Notes: generated by a model not told the origin, from the sequence alone. A stretch of DNA of 64,000 nt from Octopus bimaculoides (GCF_001194135.2 NC_068989.1:81389874-81453873), one strand, 5' to 3'. Counted from the stretch's first letter, positions 27,121 to 39,710 are shown. Translations and numbers: made by a program.

Positions 27121-27324
27121 CGGTAAGCTGAGTGAATCGAAGCACTTATATCTGATTACAAGTGCAACACACTACGGTTGAGTGCTTTCATTTTCTGGAT
27201 CATTTAAGGAAAACTTTAAACTCTAACCATGCCTCACCAAACCAAATGAAACATTCAGTAGTAAAAGCGCTGCTTGTTGAATTCGAATACGATTTTAACT
27301 GCGATGGAATGGTGGAACAGATAA

Positions 27325-27762
27325 GACGGCGAGCTGGCAGAATCGTTAGCACGTCGGGCGAAATGCTTAGCAGTATTTCGTCTGTCTTTACGTTCCGAGT
27401 TCAAATTCCGCCGAGGTCGATTTTGCCTTTCATCCTTTCGGGGTCGATAAATTGAGTACCAGTTACGCAGTGGGGTCGATGTAATCGACTTAATTCCTTC
27501 GTCTGTCCTTGTTTGTCCCCTCTATGTTTAGCCCCTTGTGGGCAATACAGAAATAAGAAACGTTAACACGCCGCGCGAAATGCTTAGCAGTATTTCGTCT
27601 GTCTTTACGTTCCGAGTTCAAATTCCATCGATGTCGATTTTGCCTTTCATCCTTTCAGGGTCGATAAATAAAATAGCAGTTGCGTACTGGGGTTGATCTA
27701 ATCGACTGGCCCCCTCTCCCAAAATTTCGGGCCTTGTGCTTAGAGTAGAAAAGGAATTGCAG
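27325..27762 (+). mobile_element. SINE family A head-to-tail dimer with two different tails
   Basis: The first unit ends GTTTAGCCCCTTGTGGGCAATACAGAAATAAG. The second lacks the first bases of the head and ends GGCCTTGTGCTTAGAGTAGAAAAGG. Confidence 0.9.
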
Positions 27763-29126
27763 ATCAGATAAAAGTAGTACAGTAATAGTTTTAAACATGA
27801 CACGATCTCGAATTTTGGGGTTAAATATACACAAAGGAAGAGTTTATGTGGTAAACGGAACACGATCTACTGTAGTACTATTTCAGGGTCCTGGGTTACT
27901 CAGCTCGACACAAATATTAATGTAGAAATATTACAAAAAATAATATCGTATAGGGTTTTTTTAAACTTTTTCTTTTTCCCCTTTAAATGAAAATGAATTT
28001 TGCTTCAAACAATGATCTCTTATATTATACAAACTGTAAATTATGCGTGTAGTACAGGCGGACATGATAGTAGTTTTAAAATGTTTTCAGCTTTTGTATA
28101 ATAATAATATCCCGTTGTTTAGCATATATTACCGTGAACAACAGAATGGGCGTGTATGATTTGAACTTTGAGGCTTTAGCCACAACAAAATGTCGATCAA
28201 AGCATTACAACTATGAGAATTAACGGATTGCCATTAAAAGTGTTATCCAGAATTATTTAATTTTGTTTTTATTTTATTTAAAAATTCTGCCTAGTAAATC
28301 AGGGTGGATATTAAACGAAACATAATTGGTCGGGTTTCAACCCGCTAAATAACCTATATAGGAAAACAAGTGTTAGAATCTACTGAATACTCACAAACCG
28401 AGGAATAATATTAAATACTGGCACCATAGTCAAATAGAGTTCGGGTTTCTGAATTTATGGAAACAATTTCGTGTATGTGCGCGCGCGCGTACGAATATGT
28501 ATGTTAGAAGGGAGAGAGGAAAATATCCAGAATCATACTCTGTATGAAAAGCAAATATCAGTCAGGGCTAGGATACTTAATATAGTGGACCAAGAAGTTT
28601 TGATTAATGAAAATGAATTAAAATCAATTAAAAGTAGGATGTAAGCATTACATTGGGGAGAGGACCAGAGTTTGACGTATGGTGACAATACCAAACATGC
28701 TTCGTTATTATTTTAGAATTACTCAGCTAAACATACTCTTACCACTACTGCCAGATAAAGATGCTTATATTTATAGAAATGTTAAATTAAAGTTATTTTA
28801 AAATTAGTTTAAGAATAACAACGGAACAGTCACTGATGCAGTAACTCAATATAGAAAGTGTCGCCTGACAGCTTATTGAACAAACTGTTTAAGCAAAACT
28901 TGATGTCCTGATCAACGCGAATTTAACAATAAGTTTCACTCTACCAAAGGTAGAGTAATATACTTTTTATTAAAGCTGCAAAATGATCCGGTATATGCAA
29001 TTGAAGCAGTATTAAAGTAGCTACATGCCATATGTAATGCATACACACTGTCGAAAGGCCAGTTACTGCAATATTTGTCCTGAGATAACATCACTTATGG
29101 ACTTGCTACGTTGAAAACAGAATAAG

Positions 29127-29285
29127 TATCAGGGAGAGACGAAATTTGTACCAGTTGTACGGCGATTTCTCGTCCGAACATGTCACTGGTTGCGAGTACG
29201 CGCCATTGAAAAAACGCAAAACGCCAAAAGGTATCTGGCGCTCAAACTAGCCACTGCTGGGACGAATTTTCGTCTCTTTCTGATA
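29127..29285. mobile_element. Small MITE-like element with ~28-bp imperfect TIRs
   Basis: TATCAGGGAGAGACGAAATTTGTACCAG versus CTGGGACGAATTTTCGTCTCTTTCTGATA; TA at both ends. Confidence 0.5.
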
Positions 29286-29387
29286 TCTATTGTGTTTTTA
29301 GCATAGCAAGCCCATGACAGATGTTATTTCAGGTCATGTACTACAGTAACTGGTCTATCAAAAGTGTGTATGCGTTAAGTGCACGCA

Positions 29388-29453
<66 letters not shown>

Positions 29454-30138
29454 TACATGAAGAAGGAAGTGGGGAAGAAAGTAGGATTGTACATAAAGAT
29501 TCTCAGTCGTTTTGTTCCCGGATGCAGTTAATAGTTCAAAAATTAAAACCGTACAATAGTTTAGGTTTTAATTTTTTAAAAGTTATTCAGAGGAAGAGGT
29601 GCAGGGTTATTAACCTTTGTCGGTCACAGTCCCACTTTAGAGAGAGACAAAGGCCGATCCCTTGACCTTTGTAGATCATAGTCCTAGGTTTGTGAATTTG
29701 ATAGTAGTTCTTTGACCTTTGTAAGTCATAGTTCCAGGTTGGTTAGGATGACATTCATAACTTGATCTTTGCTGGTCACAAACCAAAGCCGGAGAGATCG
29801 ATACTGATTTTGATGTTTAATTAGTAAGAAAACGTGACTAGGGAGAGAAGTGCAGAGAAAAAGTAGTTGGCGCAGGGTCTGAGAAGCGAGTTGTCATCAG
29901 CGTATTGAGAACAGGGAAAACATGTGTGACAAGCAGGTCGGGATGCATTTATGGATGGATAAATGGGCTGATGTATAGGGACACCGTCTGCATAAAACAA
30001 TAATAAAGTGAGTGCTAAGATGCTTAATGAAGAAACCAAAAAAGTTTCAATTATAAAATTACCGTTGTAATAAGGTGAGAAAAATATAAGCGCTAAGACT
30101 TATGATGTTAACTGAATCTGTTTTTGACAGGTACGAAC

Positions 30139-30177
30139 ATGTTTTGGTCCATTTCAGGGAATTCGTGTACATTTCTT
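30139..30177 (+). CDS. Speculative first coding exon (MFWSISGNSCTFL) of the LamG-domain gene
   Basis: Acceptor TTTTTGACAG ends at 30130, ATG in AACATG at 30139, phase-0 donor GTAGGT at 30178. Joined to exon 54648 it gives the signal-peptide-like MFWSISGNSCTFLVTIFVATEA. Inference only. Confidence 0.25.
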
Positions 30178-31625
30178 GTAGGTATATTTATATAGTGAAC
30201 TTCTATCACTTAATCTTGGAAACATTGCGGTAATTAAATAATATTAATACACAGCCGGAGCTTGTCACAGATGGGATTAAATTAAAATTTAGATTTTTTA
30301 ATAAAGTAATGCTTGTCGCCACTTCAACATGGCTGTTCTGTACGAACCAACTTTACTACCATTTTTAAACCAAAGAGGAAGCTTCCTCAAGCTGGTTATC
30401 GATGCAATCTGCACTCGACATATATATCAAGCAGAGAAGCGAACCTGTACCATTTTCTAACGATTTAACAGGACCAACTTCTGAATATTATAGAAGTAAA
30501 AACAGTTGATTGTTTTTATTTTGAATTATCTATGGATACATGAGTGTCTCTTGCACATTCGATTCTAAAGAAATTGACTCCTGAGATACGAGAACCAAGA
30601 ACTGAACCAGCAATTTTGAGGTTATTAGCTTGGCTTTTTACCAATGACATTCAAGAATATTGTAATTAAATGAAAAAGGAACTTACCAAATTAAATAAAC
30701 AAATGTTAAAGATTAATAGCCTGGAAACGTTTTCAGAAGGCTAACATGTGATTTAGAAGCAATATGCTGAGGCAATAGAAGTTCATTTATGTCAATATAA
30801 GAAAATGAAGGAGGTGGAATTCGTTTAACTTAAACCGTCTGTTTCTAGCTACCATAGGACAGAGCTCTGTCAAACATCCTTCAAAACAAACAGAAAGTGA
30901 AATATAGAGCAAATAAACTAAAAACGTCTTATTTTTACATTTTGAAAATGGATCTCATTTTACTTCAAACTTATACTGTAGATCCTGTAGATTTTCGGGG
31001 TGGGGGAGATGGAATCCTATTAAACACAAGTATGTTGCGTTTCTTGTTTTTGTCATTGAATAAGGACTAATTTGTTTTTATTTAAAATGTGTGAAGCTAT
31101 TTCTTATGAAAATCATCGCTGCTTTCAGTTTTCGTGTTTCGGTATCATATTTGCAGAACTAGTATTCGTGTTTGTTTTTTAAATATTTTCAGGATTTTTT
31201 TTTTTCTTCTGCTTCAAAATAAATTGGGAAGTGTCTTCAGCTCAGATATGATTAAGAATTAACCTAGTTTTGTTGTAAGTGTTTAGGAACAAAATTCTAT
31301 AAGATACTCCAAAACCATGTCTCAGATTTCTCAGAATGTATCAGAAAAAAGACACAGTTTGGCAGTTGACCTGTTGTTATAGAAGCGTCATCGCTGTCTT
31401 TATCAGAGTCAGTCATTTATATATCATGTTACTGATGTTATATAACAATAATATTATAATAATTATAATAATATTTGTAACAGGTCTCTGCTCAGTTTGA
31501 ACGCAAACTGTTTTTCTTTCAGTTGGATTTTCGTAATCAAAAAGCTGATCTTTCAAATTGAGTGGGTACGTCATAAAAAACCCCCCAAAAAACTAAGTAC
31601 GCCTAACTACACATTCATTTCATTA

Positions 31626-31669
31626 ACTGACGTTAACGAAGACACTGACGTTAACGAAGACACTGACGA
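31626..31669. repeat. 18-bp tandem repeat ACTGACGTTAACGAAGAC, about 2.4 copies
   Basis: Read directly. Confidence 0.85.
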
Positions 31670-34600
31670 AGCAAATATTACAGCTCAATCAAGTTTTGAT
31701 TTAGCTAAATGAATTCATATATATAGGAGCAAACAACAGATCAGTCACTCATCCACAGAGAAGTAGAGGTTTGCTAACAGACAAAAGGGAACCAAACACA
31801 TAAAGCACTAACCACGATCCGCTAATATGGATGGCTTGACCTGATAAATATGAATAGTCAATGACATGAAATGACCTAACCTCTACTAGCATAGGACAAC
31901 GCTATGGCCACCGGCACTCGTATTCATTCGCTTGCTCTCTCTCCATCCCCCTCTCTCTATCTATCTGTCTATCTCTCATCTTCACTTAACCACACAAGCT
32001 GTCCGACTAAATCGCTGATAAGAGCAGAACTTTTCGACGTTATTCTGTTGGTTCCTTTACTTGGAATCGTCGCGTTCCACCCGTAACAATAAAACAGATG
32101 ATGAAAACGGACGATCGTTCATCTCATTGATAATGTGGCAACGTTCCATATTCTTTACTGTGCTAAAAAAAATGTGAGTACAACATTATCATTGTTGTTA
32201 AGCACAAGCATTGCAATGAGATTCACAGCACAATAACAAATGCAGAAGAACAAGTGCATCGCTAGGGCCGAGTCTATCTTACCTGTCTCCTGTATAACCA
32301 CTTCCAGTATCTACGGACATACAGAAATAGATTGAGCTTAGAAGAGCGCGCAACATATTCAGACTATCACAATGTACATCATACGATTCAATACTATATA
32401 CCGGGTCATGAACTGTGGCCCTCAGCTGGGTGGAGACATGATATAACTGAGAAAATGAATTTGTAGGCTACGGCTAATCGTTTCGGCCGACTATGCATCG
32501 TATAGGTTTGCTAATGTCTGGAGTTACTCTGACCTGAAGTTATGTATAAGTACATTAAAAATAGAGAGTGTTCAATTGTAACATGAGGAACGTTAAAAAG
32601 TGTTAGTGAAAAAAAATGAGTTTAAAATGTTTGAAAAGCACTACTTAAATAATGCGGTGCCAACTAAGAAAAAAAATTAACAAATGATTTTAAGTAATGA
32701 ACAATCTTATTATGTTCATTGTTTTTCTTGCATTCAAGTAAATTTTATTACATTTTTCAAATTGTGTGGATTAATTCAATTCATTAAACTATTTTCTACT
32801 TCTTTATGTATTCTTGCTTCTCTACCAATTTTGCGTCTTTTTAAATGACAGTGATCATTTCTTTCCTGAAAGTTAATTCTTTATCTGAATCATTCTTTTT
32901 TAATTTTTTCTCCATCTTGTCCTAACCTCTAATTTCCCAAAACATATCAAATTATTGTGATAAATATATCAAATACTCTCTTTTATAATTCATTTAAATT
33001 CTAATGCTATTGTTGCGAGTGGATGATTTGTTACCATTGTTGTGGGATTGCGAAGTTGGATGTGCATTGTGTTGACGACGATCGTCGTGTGGTCTAACTG
33101 GCTGCGTTTATAATAAATGAAGCAAACTCACGACCTTTAACTTTTAACATATTTAATAATGGACATTATTTGCTGTGCTGGCTGTCTAGAAATGAAAGGT
33201 GTAGATATAATATAACCGCCGACTGGGAAGAGAGAACTACTCTATGTCTTGAAGAAGGCTAGCTGTGGAACGTCGTGTATGAGTGTCCGAAAACGTCTCT
33301 TGCTCGAGTGGTCTTAGCGGTCTGCCTTCTGTGAGTGCCCAAGGTGGTCCACCTGAATTCCCACGGTCGTCTGGCTGAGCTAGGCGCCAAACAGTTTTTC
33401 TAGGGTGAAAAGTGGGTGAATTGTATATCATTCGAAGAGTCATATCACGCCACAGCTTCACGCTGTGAAACCGTGGTGGCTCATTCATGATTCCTAACTG
33501 AATATCTTGTTGAGGTTTGAATCCCTTCACTATCAATAAAACTTAGAGCAAAATCGATCTCATTAAGTTTAATATAAACGATATTAGACATTATAAGCAC
33601 TTATTTGAAACAAAAAATAGCAACTGGCCCAAAGAAGAAACTAATATGATTTTTCAATTGCTTATCGGCTGACTGCAGTACCGATTACATTACAGAGCGA
33701 CTGTCATTCCTCCTAGGTGGAGATACTATAAATTGTTTCAGCTATTTTAACTGTACTATTTTATTTCCACAATCTAGATGAGTCGTGGGCAATCTGTGGC
33801 CCGCAGAACTTCATGAAGGATGAATAGATGGATGTATACTGTCATTAAAACTCAAGGATAGATTAATCTTTGTCGAACATGTATTCGTAGACAAGTAGAA
33901 AGAAACGAGAGCACATCTCGAGAAATAAAGTGACAAAGTTCCATGTTGAATTCGATGTGACTCGGGCGTGGAGTGAAAATTGTCAGTTGATATAACCCTC
34001 GGCAAAACTTTCTAGAGTTTTCGAATTGCAAATTAACAGATTACTTACTGAACCCAATTTTGATTTTCGCTGCCGTTAGTCGATACACACTGGCCAATAC
34101 TGATTGGCCAGTAAACATTTACATGTCTGTTTTGTTCTCTCGAGAGGATGACCGTGCCTTTTATGGCTATATGAATTGGGTGAAGCTCATAGCTGGAAAT
34201 TCAAACGAGGTAACTCGATTCCGATCAAAACCTCACTAAATGACAAAACCTCTCCCTTTGTGCTAAATTAATTGAAACTTATATTATTCTATGATATTTT
34301 TTTTCCGAACTATATTCCTTACTTCTCATATTCCTAAAATAACCTAACAACATACAGATGGAGTGTTGCTCAGAGTATAATAAACTTCGTATATTTGAAA
34401 CAGTGCATCTGCTACATAAACAACATCCTAGGCTGCGTTTTTAAAAATGCTCATTTTCCTGATTGTCAGACTCACCGACACGCAGTCTCTACTGGTTCAC
34501 AAACACTCCACTCTATCTTCCCTCAGTCTTTTCTATTGTTTCTTTGAATTAGTAGGATGTATACAGCTCGTCTTGGCCTATTATATGCATACTGTCTGTC

Positions 34601-34834
34601 TACTATAAACCTATATTAAACACTCCAATAATATTTGTCCTCTGGTTTCAATCTCCTTGGGATTTGCCCATATTTTTCATAAAGTGGACTTACAGATGTT
34701 TAAACAAAACATTAACAACATCCCTCTCACCAATCTAGGAGATAAAATACAGTCCAGGAGGCATTATTACCATTCCTTCTCAGACACAGTCTGAAAAATT
34801 TCGCAAACATGTTTTAATAATTTCTCAATCTCAA

Positions 34835-35035
34835 GTAGCGAACTGGTAAAATCGTTAGCGAATTGGACAAAATACGTATTTCTTTTGGCGCTTTACGTTT
34901 TTACATTCCGCCGAGGTCGACTCGGCTTTTCATCTTATTGGGCTCGATAAGACAAGTACCAGTTGAGTACTAGGGTCGATGTAATCGACTACCCCTTCTC
35001 CAAAAATTTCAGGCCGTGTGCCTATATTAGAAAGG
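34835..35035 (+). mobile_element. SINE family A
   Basis: AGCGAACTGGTAAAATCGTTAGC...CCGCCGAGGTCGACTCGGCTTTTCATC...GGCCGTGTGCCTATATTAGAAAGG. Confidence 0.85.
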
Positions 35036-35308
35036 AAAAATTTTCTCCATCTCCTGTATTTCCTTTAAGACATTCCTTTATCGCTATAATATACTTTCAA
35101 AAAACCATGCACATCGCATTCCTTTTAAGGTGGGAATTTGTTACATAACAACAATGTAAATGGTGATGGCAGTCGTGATGAATGAGATCATTAAAAGCAA
35201 CAAGAATAAAATGACGTTTCCAATTTCTTTATTTATTGTCTTACTTTTATTACATTTACAAAACTAAATTAAATACACACATACAGGCGCACATACATAC
35301 ATACATAA

Positions 35309-35346
<38 letters not shown>

Positions 35347-35571
35347 NNNNNNNNNNNNNNNNNNNNNNNNNNNNNNNNNNNNNNNNNNNNNNNNNNNNNN
35401 NNNNNNNNNNNNNNNNNNNNNNNNNNNNNNNNNNNNNNNNNNNNNNNNNNNNNNNNNNNNNNNNNNNNNNNNNNNNNNNNNNNNNNNNNNNNNNNNNNNN
35501 NNNNNNNNNNNNNNNNNNNNNNNNNNNNNNNNNNNNNNNNNNNNNNNNNNNNNNNNNNNNNNNNNNNNNNN

Positions 35572-35835
35572 ACATGTCTCTTAAAGGATAGAGCTCAAAA
35601 TCAATGCATTGAAGATACTTTATTGCAGCAACAATTATAATAACAGAAACAACCACAATAAGCCAAACCTATGCACATTTCAATAGGGTATCCCGGAAAA
35701 ATAAACCACATCATAAGATGTCTCGTAAAATATTGTAACAAATTACAACATATTACATACTCCATCTCATCAGGGTCGCTGCAATAAAGTATCTTCAATG
35801 CATTGATTTTGAGCTCTATCCTTTAAGAGACATGT
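35572..35835. mobile_element. Young MITE-like element with perfect 58-bp TIRs in a (TA)n tract
   Basis: 35572-35629 is the exact reverse complement of 35778-35835. The right flank is TA-rich; the left end abuts a gap preceded by (TA)n. Confidence 0.85.
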
Positions 35836-36104
35836 ATACATATATATATACAAAAACTCAACTGTGAGTTTTTGGCTAAGACTGTTAACAGATACTATAT
35901 ATTTTGTAAAATTTGTTTTATAAAAGTATATATTTAATATATATATATATATATATCACATACACATGTGAGTATTATGTTCATGTTTGCATATACGCGC
36001 GCGCACATATATACACACATACAGTCAACACACACACACAGACAACACACACACACAACACACGCACACACACATACACACACACACACATACACACACA
36101 CACA

Positions 36105-36368
36105 CATTAAAGGACCAAAAAGGATCAAAGGTCCTTTCCGAGTCATATATACTCATAGGGTCAGTTTTCCGGATTCTGTGACGTTCAGATTTCACTCCCT
36201 GGACGGAACACCGAGCTGCGGCAGGATTAATTATTTTTGCCAGCAAAGTGGACTGGAGCAACGTGAAATGGTTTTTTCTTAAGAACACAGTGCATGACCT
36301 GATTCAGGAATCGAAACTACAACCTTACGATAATGAGTCCAACAATTCAACCACTAAGCCACTCATTT
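36105..36368 (-). mobile_element. SINE family E
   Basis: Minus strand GAGTGGCTTAGTGGTTG...GTTTCGATTCC...CATTTCACGTTGCTCCAGTCCAC. Confidence 0.75.
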
Positions 36369-36393
36369 CTCACATGCATTATAGACATACATA

Positions 36394-37281
36394 CGAGGTA
36401 CGTTCAAAAAGCATTAGGCTTTATTTTTCACCACCAAAACTAATGCCGCAAAATCATTAGGATGGGAGGTGACGTACCCTTCCTGCGCATGCGGGAAATT
36501 TTCGTACCGGTAGGCCACGTCAGTACCCGGCTGCTGCGCCTAGAATACCGAAGTGTAATGCGTGCTTGTCGGATGCTGGTTTTCACCGAACGTATCGAGC
36601 AGCGATGTGGTATCCAGTTTTGCCAAAAGCTTGGCGATACTCAAGCTGAAACCATCCAGAAGATTCAGCAGCTCTGTAGCGATGATCCCATGAGCAAAAT
36701 TCAGATCGAGGAATGGTACAATCACTTCAAACATGGCTGTACCTCAGTGGAAAGCGAGACACGATTCAGCAGGTCACCCAGAAGCCAGCACGAGGAGCAT
36801 TGAGAAGGTTTGGCGAATAGTCATGGAAGAGCCGTGTAACAATCCAGTGAGAATAAGCACAGGATCAGCGCATTCCATTTTAATGCAAGATTTGTGCATG
36901 CGGAGAGTGTCGGCGAAATTCGCCCCTAAGGTGCTGGCTGAGCAGCAGAACCAACTCCGCATGGAAATCGCTCTGATATGCTGGACTGTGCAAACCACGA
37001 CTCAGACTTCAGGAAGACCATCATCGCTGGTGACGGGACATGGGTTTATGGTCTCTGCTCGATGCGTTCGGTCATCTTGCGTGAAAACGAAAATCCGACG
37101 AGCAAGCACTAAACGTCTGTACTCTAGGCATAACAGCCGGGAGCTGACGCTGCCTACCGGCGCGAAAATTTTCGCTCATGCACAGGAAGGCTGGCATCAT
37201 CTCCCACCCAAAGGATTTTGCCTACACGTCATTAGTTTTGACGGAAAAAAATATAGTCACATACTTTATGAACGCACCGCG
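36394..37281 (+). mobile_element. Internally deleted mariner element, TA target duplication, ~150-bp inverted ends
   Basis: TA|CGAGGTACGTTCAAAAAG ... ACTTTATGAACGCACCGCG|TA. Transposase remnants ERIEQRCGIQFCQKLGDTQAETIQKIQ, RRVSAKFAPK and, after a frameshift, TIIAGDGTWVYG (first D of DD34D); the rest is missing. Confidence 0.9.
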
Positions 37282-37571
37282 TATACATACGTATGCACTC
37301 AATCCTTTTTTTTTTCTACATGTAACGTGAAATGGGCTCTAATTGCAAATTTTTCACTACTCATTATCAAATCTCTAAAATAAAAAAATAAACAATTACT
37401 GTTTATGTTATGCATGAAAATAGAGAAAATAACTATTCAGTAACGATTGGACAAGAAATTGTGTCAAATTAATGATATAACATGGAGATACAAGCCGCCA
37501 AAAATCATCAGTGAAATTCCGAAATTACTTTTGACTTAGCTTGGTGTGTGTATGTATGTTTGTATGTATGT

Positions 37572-37712
37572 ATATCATTATTTAGTTTATTTCAAGAGTT
37601 CTTGCCAATAGAGAAAGAACTGGTTTCTAACCGAGATCCAAGGCTCCTTTATTGGAACTTTAATATCAACAATAGGGTACTGTATGTATGTATGTATGTA
37701 TGTATGTATGTA

Positions 37713-37743
<31 letters not shown>

Positions 37744-37890
37744 GTGTATGTATGTGCAGATCTGTATGTTTTATGTATGTATTCTCATGCAAATACTTGC
37801 ATATCTAGACATGCTCATATATATTTAAATGATTAAGTTCTGGAAAGTTTTACAGATTTTTAATTCCCGTGATGGACTGGAACTGTAAAA
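37572..37890. repeat. Interspersed repeat 'G', second copy
   Basis: Homologous to 12455-12815, including the internal (GTAT)n. Confidence 0.8.
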
Positions 37891-37894
37891 ATCG

Positions 37895-37951
37895 GGTGAA
37901 ATACCCCTAAGCATTTCGCCCGGTGTGCTAATGATTCTGCCAGCTCACCGC
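37895..37951 (-). mobile_element. SINE family A 5' head
   Basis: CTAAGCATTTCGCCCGGTGTGCTAATGATTCTGCCAGCTCACCGCC. Confidence 0.85.
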
Positions 37952-37952
37952 C

Positions 37953-38038
<86 letters not shown>

Positions 38039-38039
<1 letters not shown>

Positions 38040-38250
38040 TCGGAGCCCTGGGAACAGTGAGTAAAAATATCGAGAAGTACATGGAACAAATAGGGGCTGC
38101 AATTAGTGTGGAGCACTGGCAGAAAACAGCACTGCTTGGAACCGCCCGAATACTCCGGAAGGTGCTCTAAAAATAAGGGGTGTTACCTTAGTTCACCGGT
38201 AGTGAACAGATGGCACCACAGTACATTTCCAGCGTTAGAAGCGGTGCAAA
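38039..38250 (+). mobile_element. 5'-truncated R4/Dong LINE tail inside (AAT)n
   Basis: VGALGTVSKNIEKYMEQIG...QKTALLGTARILRKVL* plus a short 3' UTR; long (AAT)n on both sides. Confidence 0.9.
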
Positions 38251-38253
38251 GGC

Positions 38254-38328
<75 letters not shown>

Positions 38329-38349
38329 TATTATTATTATTATTATTAT

Positions 38350-38497
38350 GGTTTCAAATTTTGGCACAATGCCAGCGGTTTTCTGGAGGATGAGGTAAGT
38401 CGATTACGTCGATCTCAGTGTTTAACTGGTACTTATTTTATGGACCATGAAAGGATGCAAAGCAGAGAACCTCGGCGGAATTTGAACTCAGAACGTC
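38350..38497 (-). mobile_element. SINE family A, 3' part
   Basis: CTCGGCGGAATTTGAACTCAGAACGT and tail GGTTTCAAATTTTGGCACAATGCCAGC. Confidence 0.85.
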
Positions 38498-38912
38498 GTG
38501 TCTGCGTTTTATCGTGTGTCCGATAATTTATTTGGTTTCTTCTTGACCACTTCTTCCACTCTGTCCGTGTTTATGCCTCTGATGACAAATGAGGCCAATT
38601 CTTGCATGGAAGTGTCTGTTGCAAAGTTCACAAGGGAACCATGGTGGAGGCTTTGGTTGATGCAGCCTTCATTTTCTTTCTTGTTGTTTCTCTTCTTCTT
38701 TCTTCTTTCGTCTGTGATGGGCGGGCCACGTAGCAAGAATGAAAGCAGCCAGGCTGCCGTGTCAAATTTTATATGGTGAACTTTCCACTGGAAGAAGACT
38801 CCGTGGCCGTCCCCTCCGTCGATACAAGGGTCAGCTGAAGCAAAGCCTAAAACTGGCTGGAATCGATCCCAAAACCTGGGACATTGAAGCTCACAGTGGA
38901 AGTTCTTGGCAT
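38498..38912. mobile_element. RTE LINE 3' fragment with an inverted upstream segment
   Basis: 38712-38912 (+) reads WAGHVARMKAARLPCQILYGELSTGRRLRGRPLRRYK...W. 38498-38714 (-) reads TDERRKKKR and FPCELCNRHFHARIGLICHQRHKH (terminal C2H2). Confidence 0.85.
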
Positions 38913-39424
38913 TTTCTTTAAAGATTTTCTATTGAATAAAGAACTTGCTCTTCTTGTCGAATATTGACTAAATACTTTCACGCAATTTCCTGTATTCTAC
39001 CAGAAAATTGATACTTTTATCGCAAATTCTGTCATAGCTCATCCCTTCATCGCACACTCAAAACATACAGACATAAATAAATACAGTGAGCTTCAGATAT
39101 TTCAGGTTAACTTTCCTTGTTACTTTTTACAGATGTTTTTCCTCTTTCTAGAAAAGTCACAATAATAATCCTTATGTAATCTCCAGAATTTTCTTCCAGT
39201 TTTTCATTAAGTTGTTACACACAGGATAATCGAGATCCCAGGACAGTCTTTCGTAGTTTCTAGACTGACTCCATCGTCCCATCGGGTTTGATATTTTACT
39301 AAGTTCTTTTGTACTAATCCCCACTGTTGAGCCAATGTAACTGTTAAGGTCATTAGTCCATTCTTTTCAAATATTTTGAATACGTAATAAACTGGAAACT
39401 ATTTTTTTTTTCGTTTAGTAAAAC

Positions 39425-39710
39425 TGAACTTCAATGTTATATAACCTGCTCGTTACATAGACTACAAAATTATATAGACTGCGATATTATATAAACCATA
39501 ATATATTATAGACTACATATCACATGGATAACAATATTTATAGACTACAGTATTATATAGACTGCGCATCATGTAAACAATAATATTGTATTGACTGCTT
39601 GTCTCATATATACAGAATGCGATAATATATAGACTGTAACAGAAACTGCAATATTATATAAAGTATACTATTATATAGACTGCATGTCATAAACTGCAAT
39701 GTTATATAAG
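39425..39710. repeat. Degenerate minisatellite with core TATAGACTGCAATAT
   Basis: More than eight recurrences of (TA)TAGACT(G/A)C with variable spacers. Confidence 0.7.

Noticed and set aside
36733-37383. 216-aa ORF as an intact transposase
   Set aside because: Only the middle part is mariner. It is frameshifted, lacks most of the catalytic domain, and runs through the inverted end.
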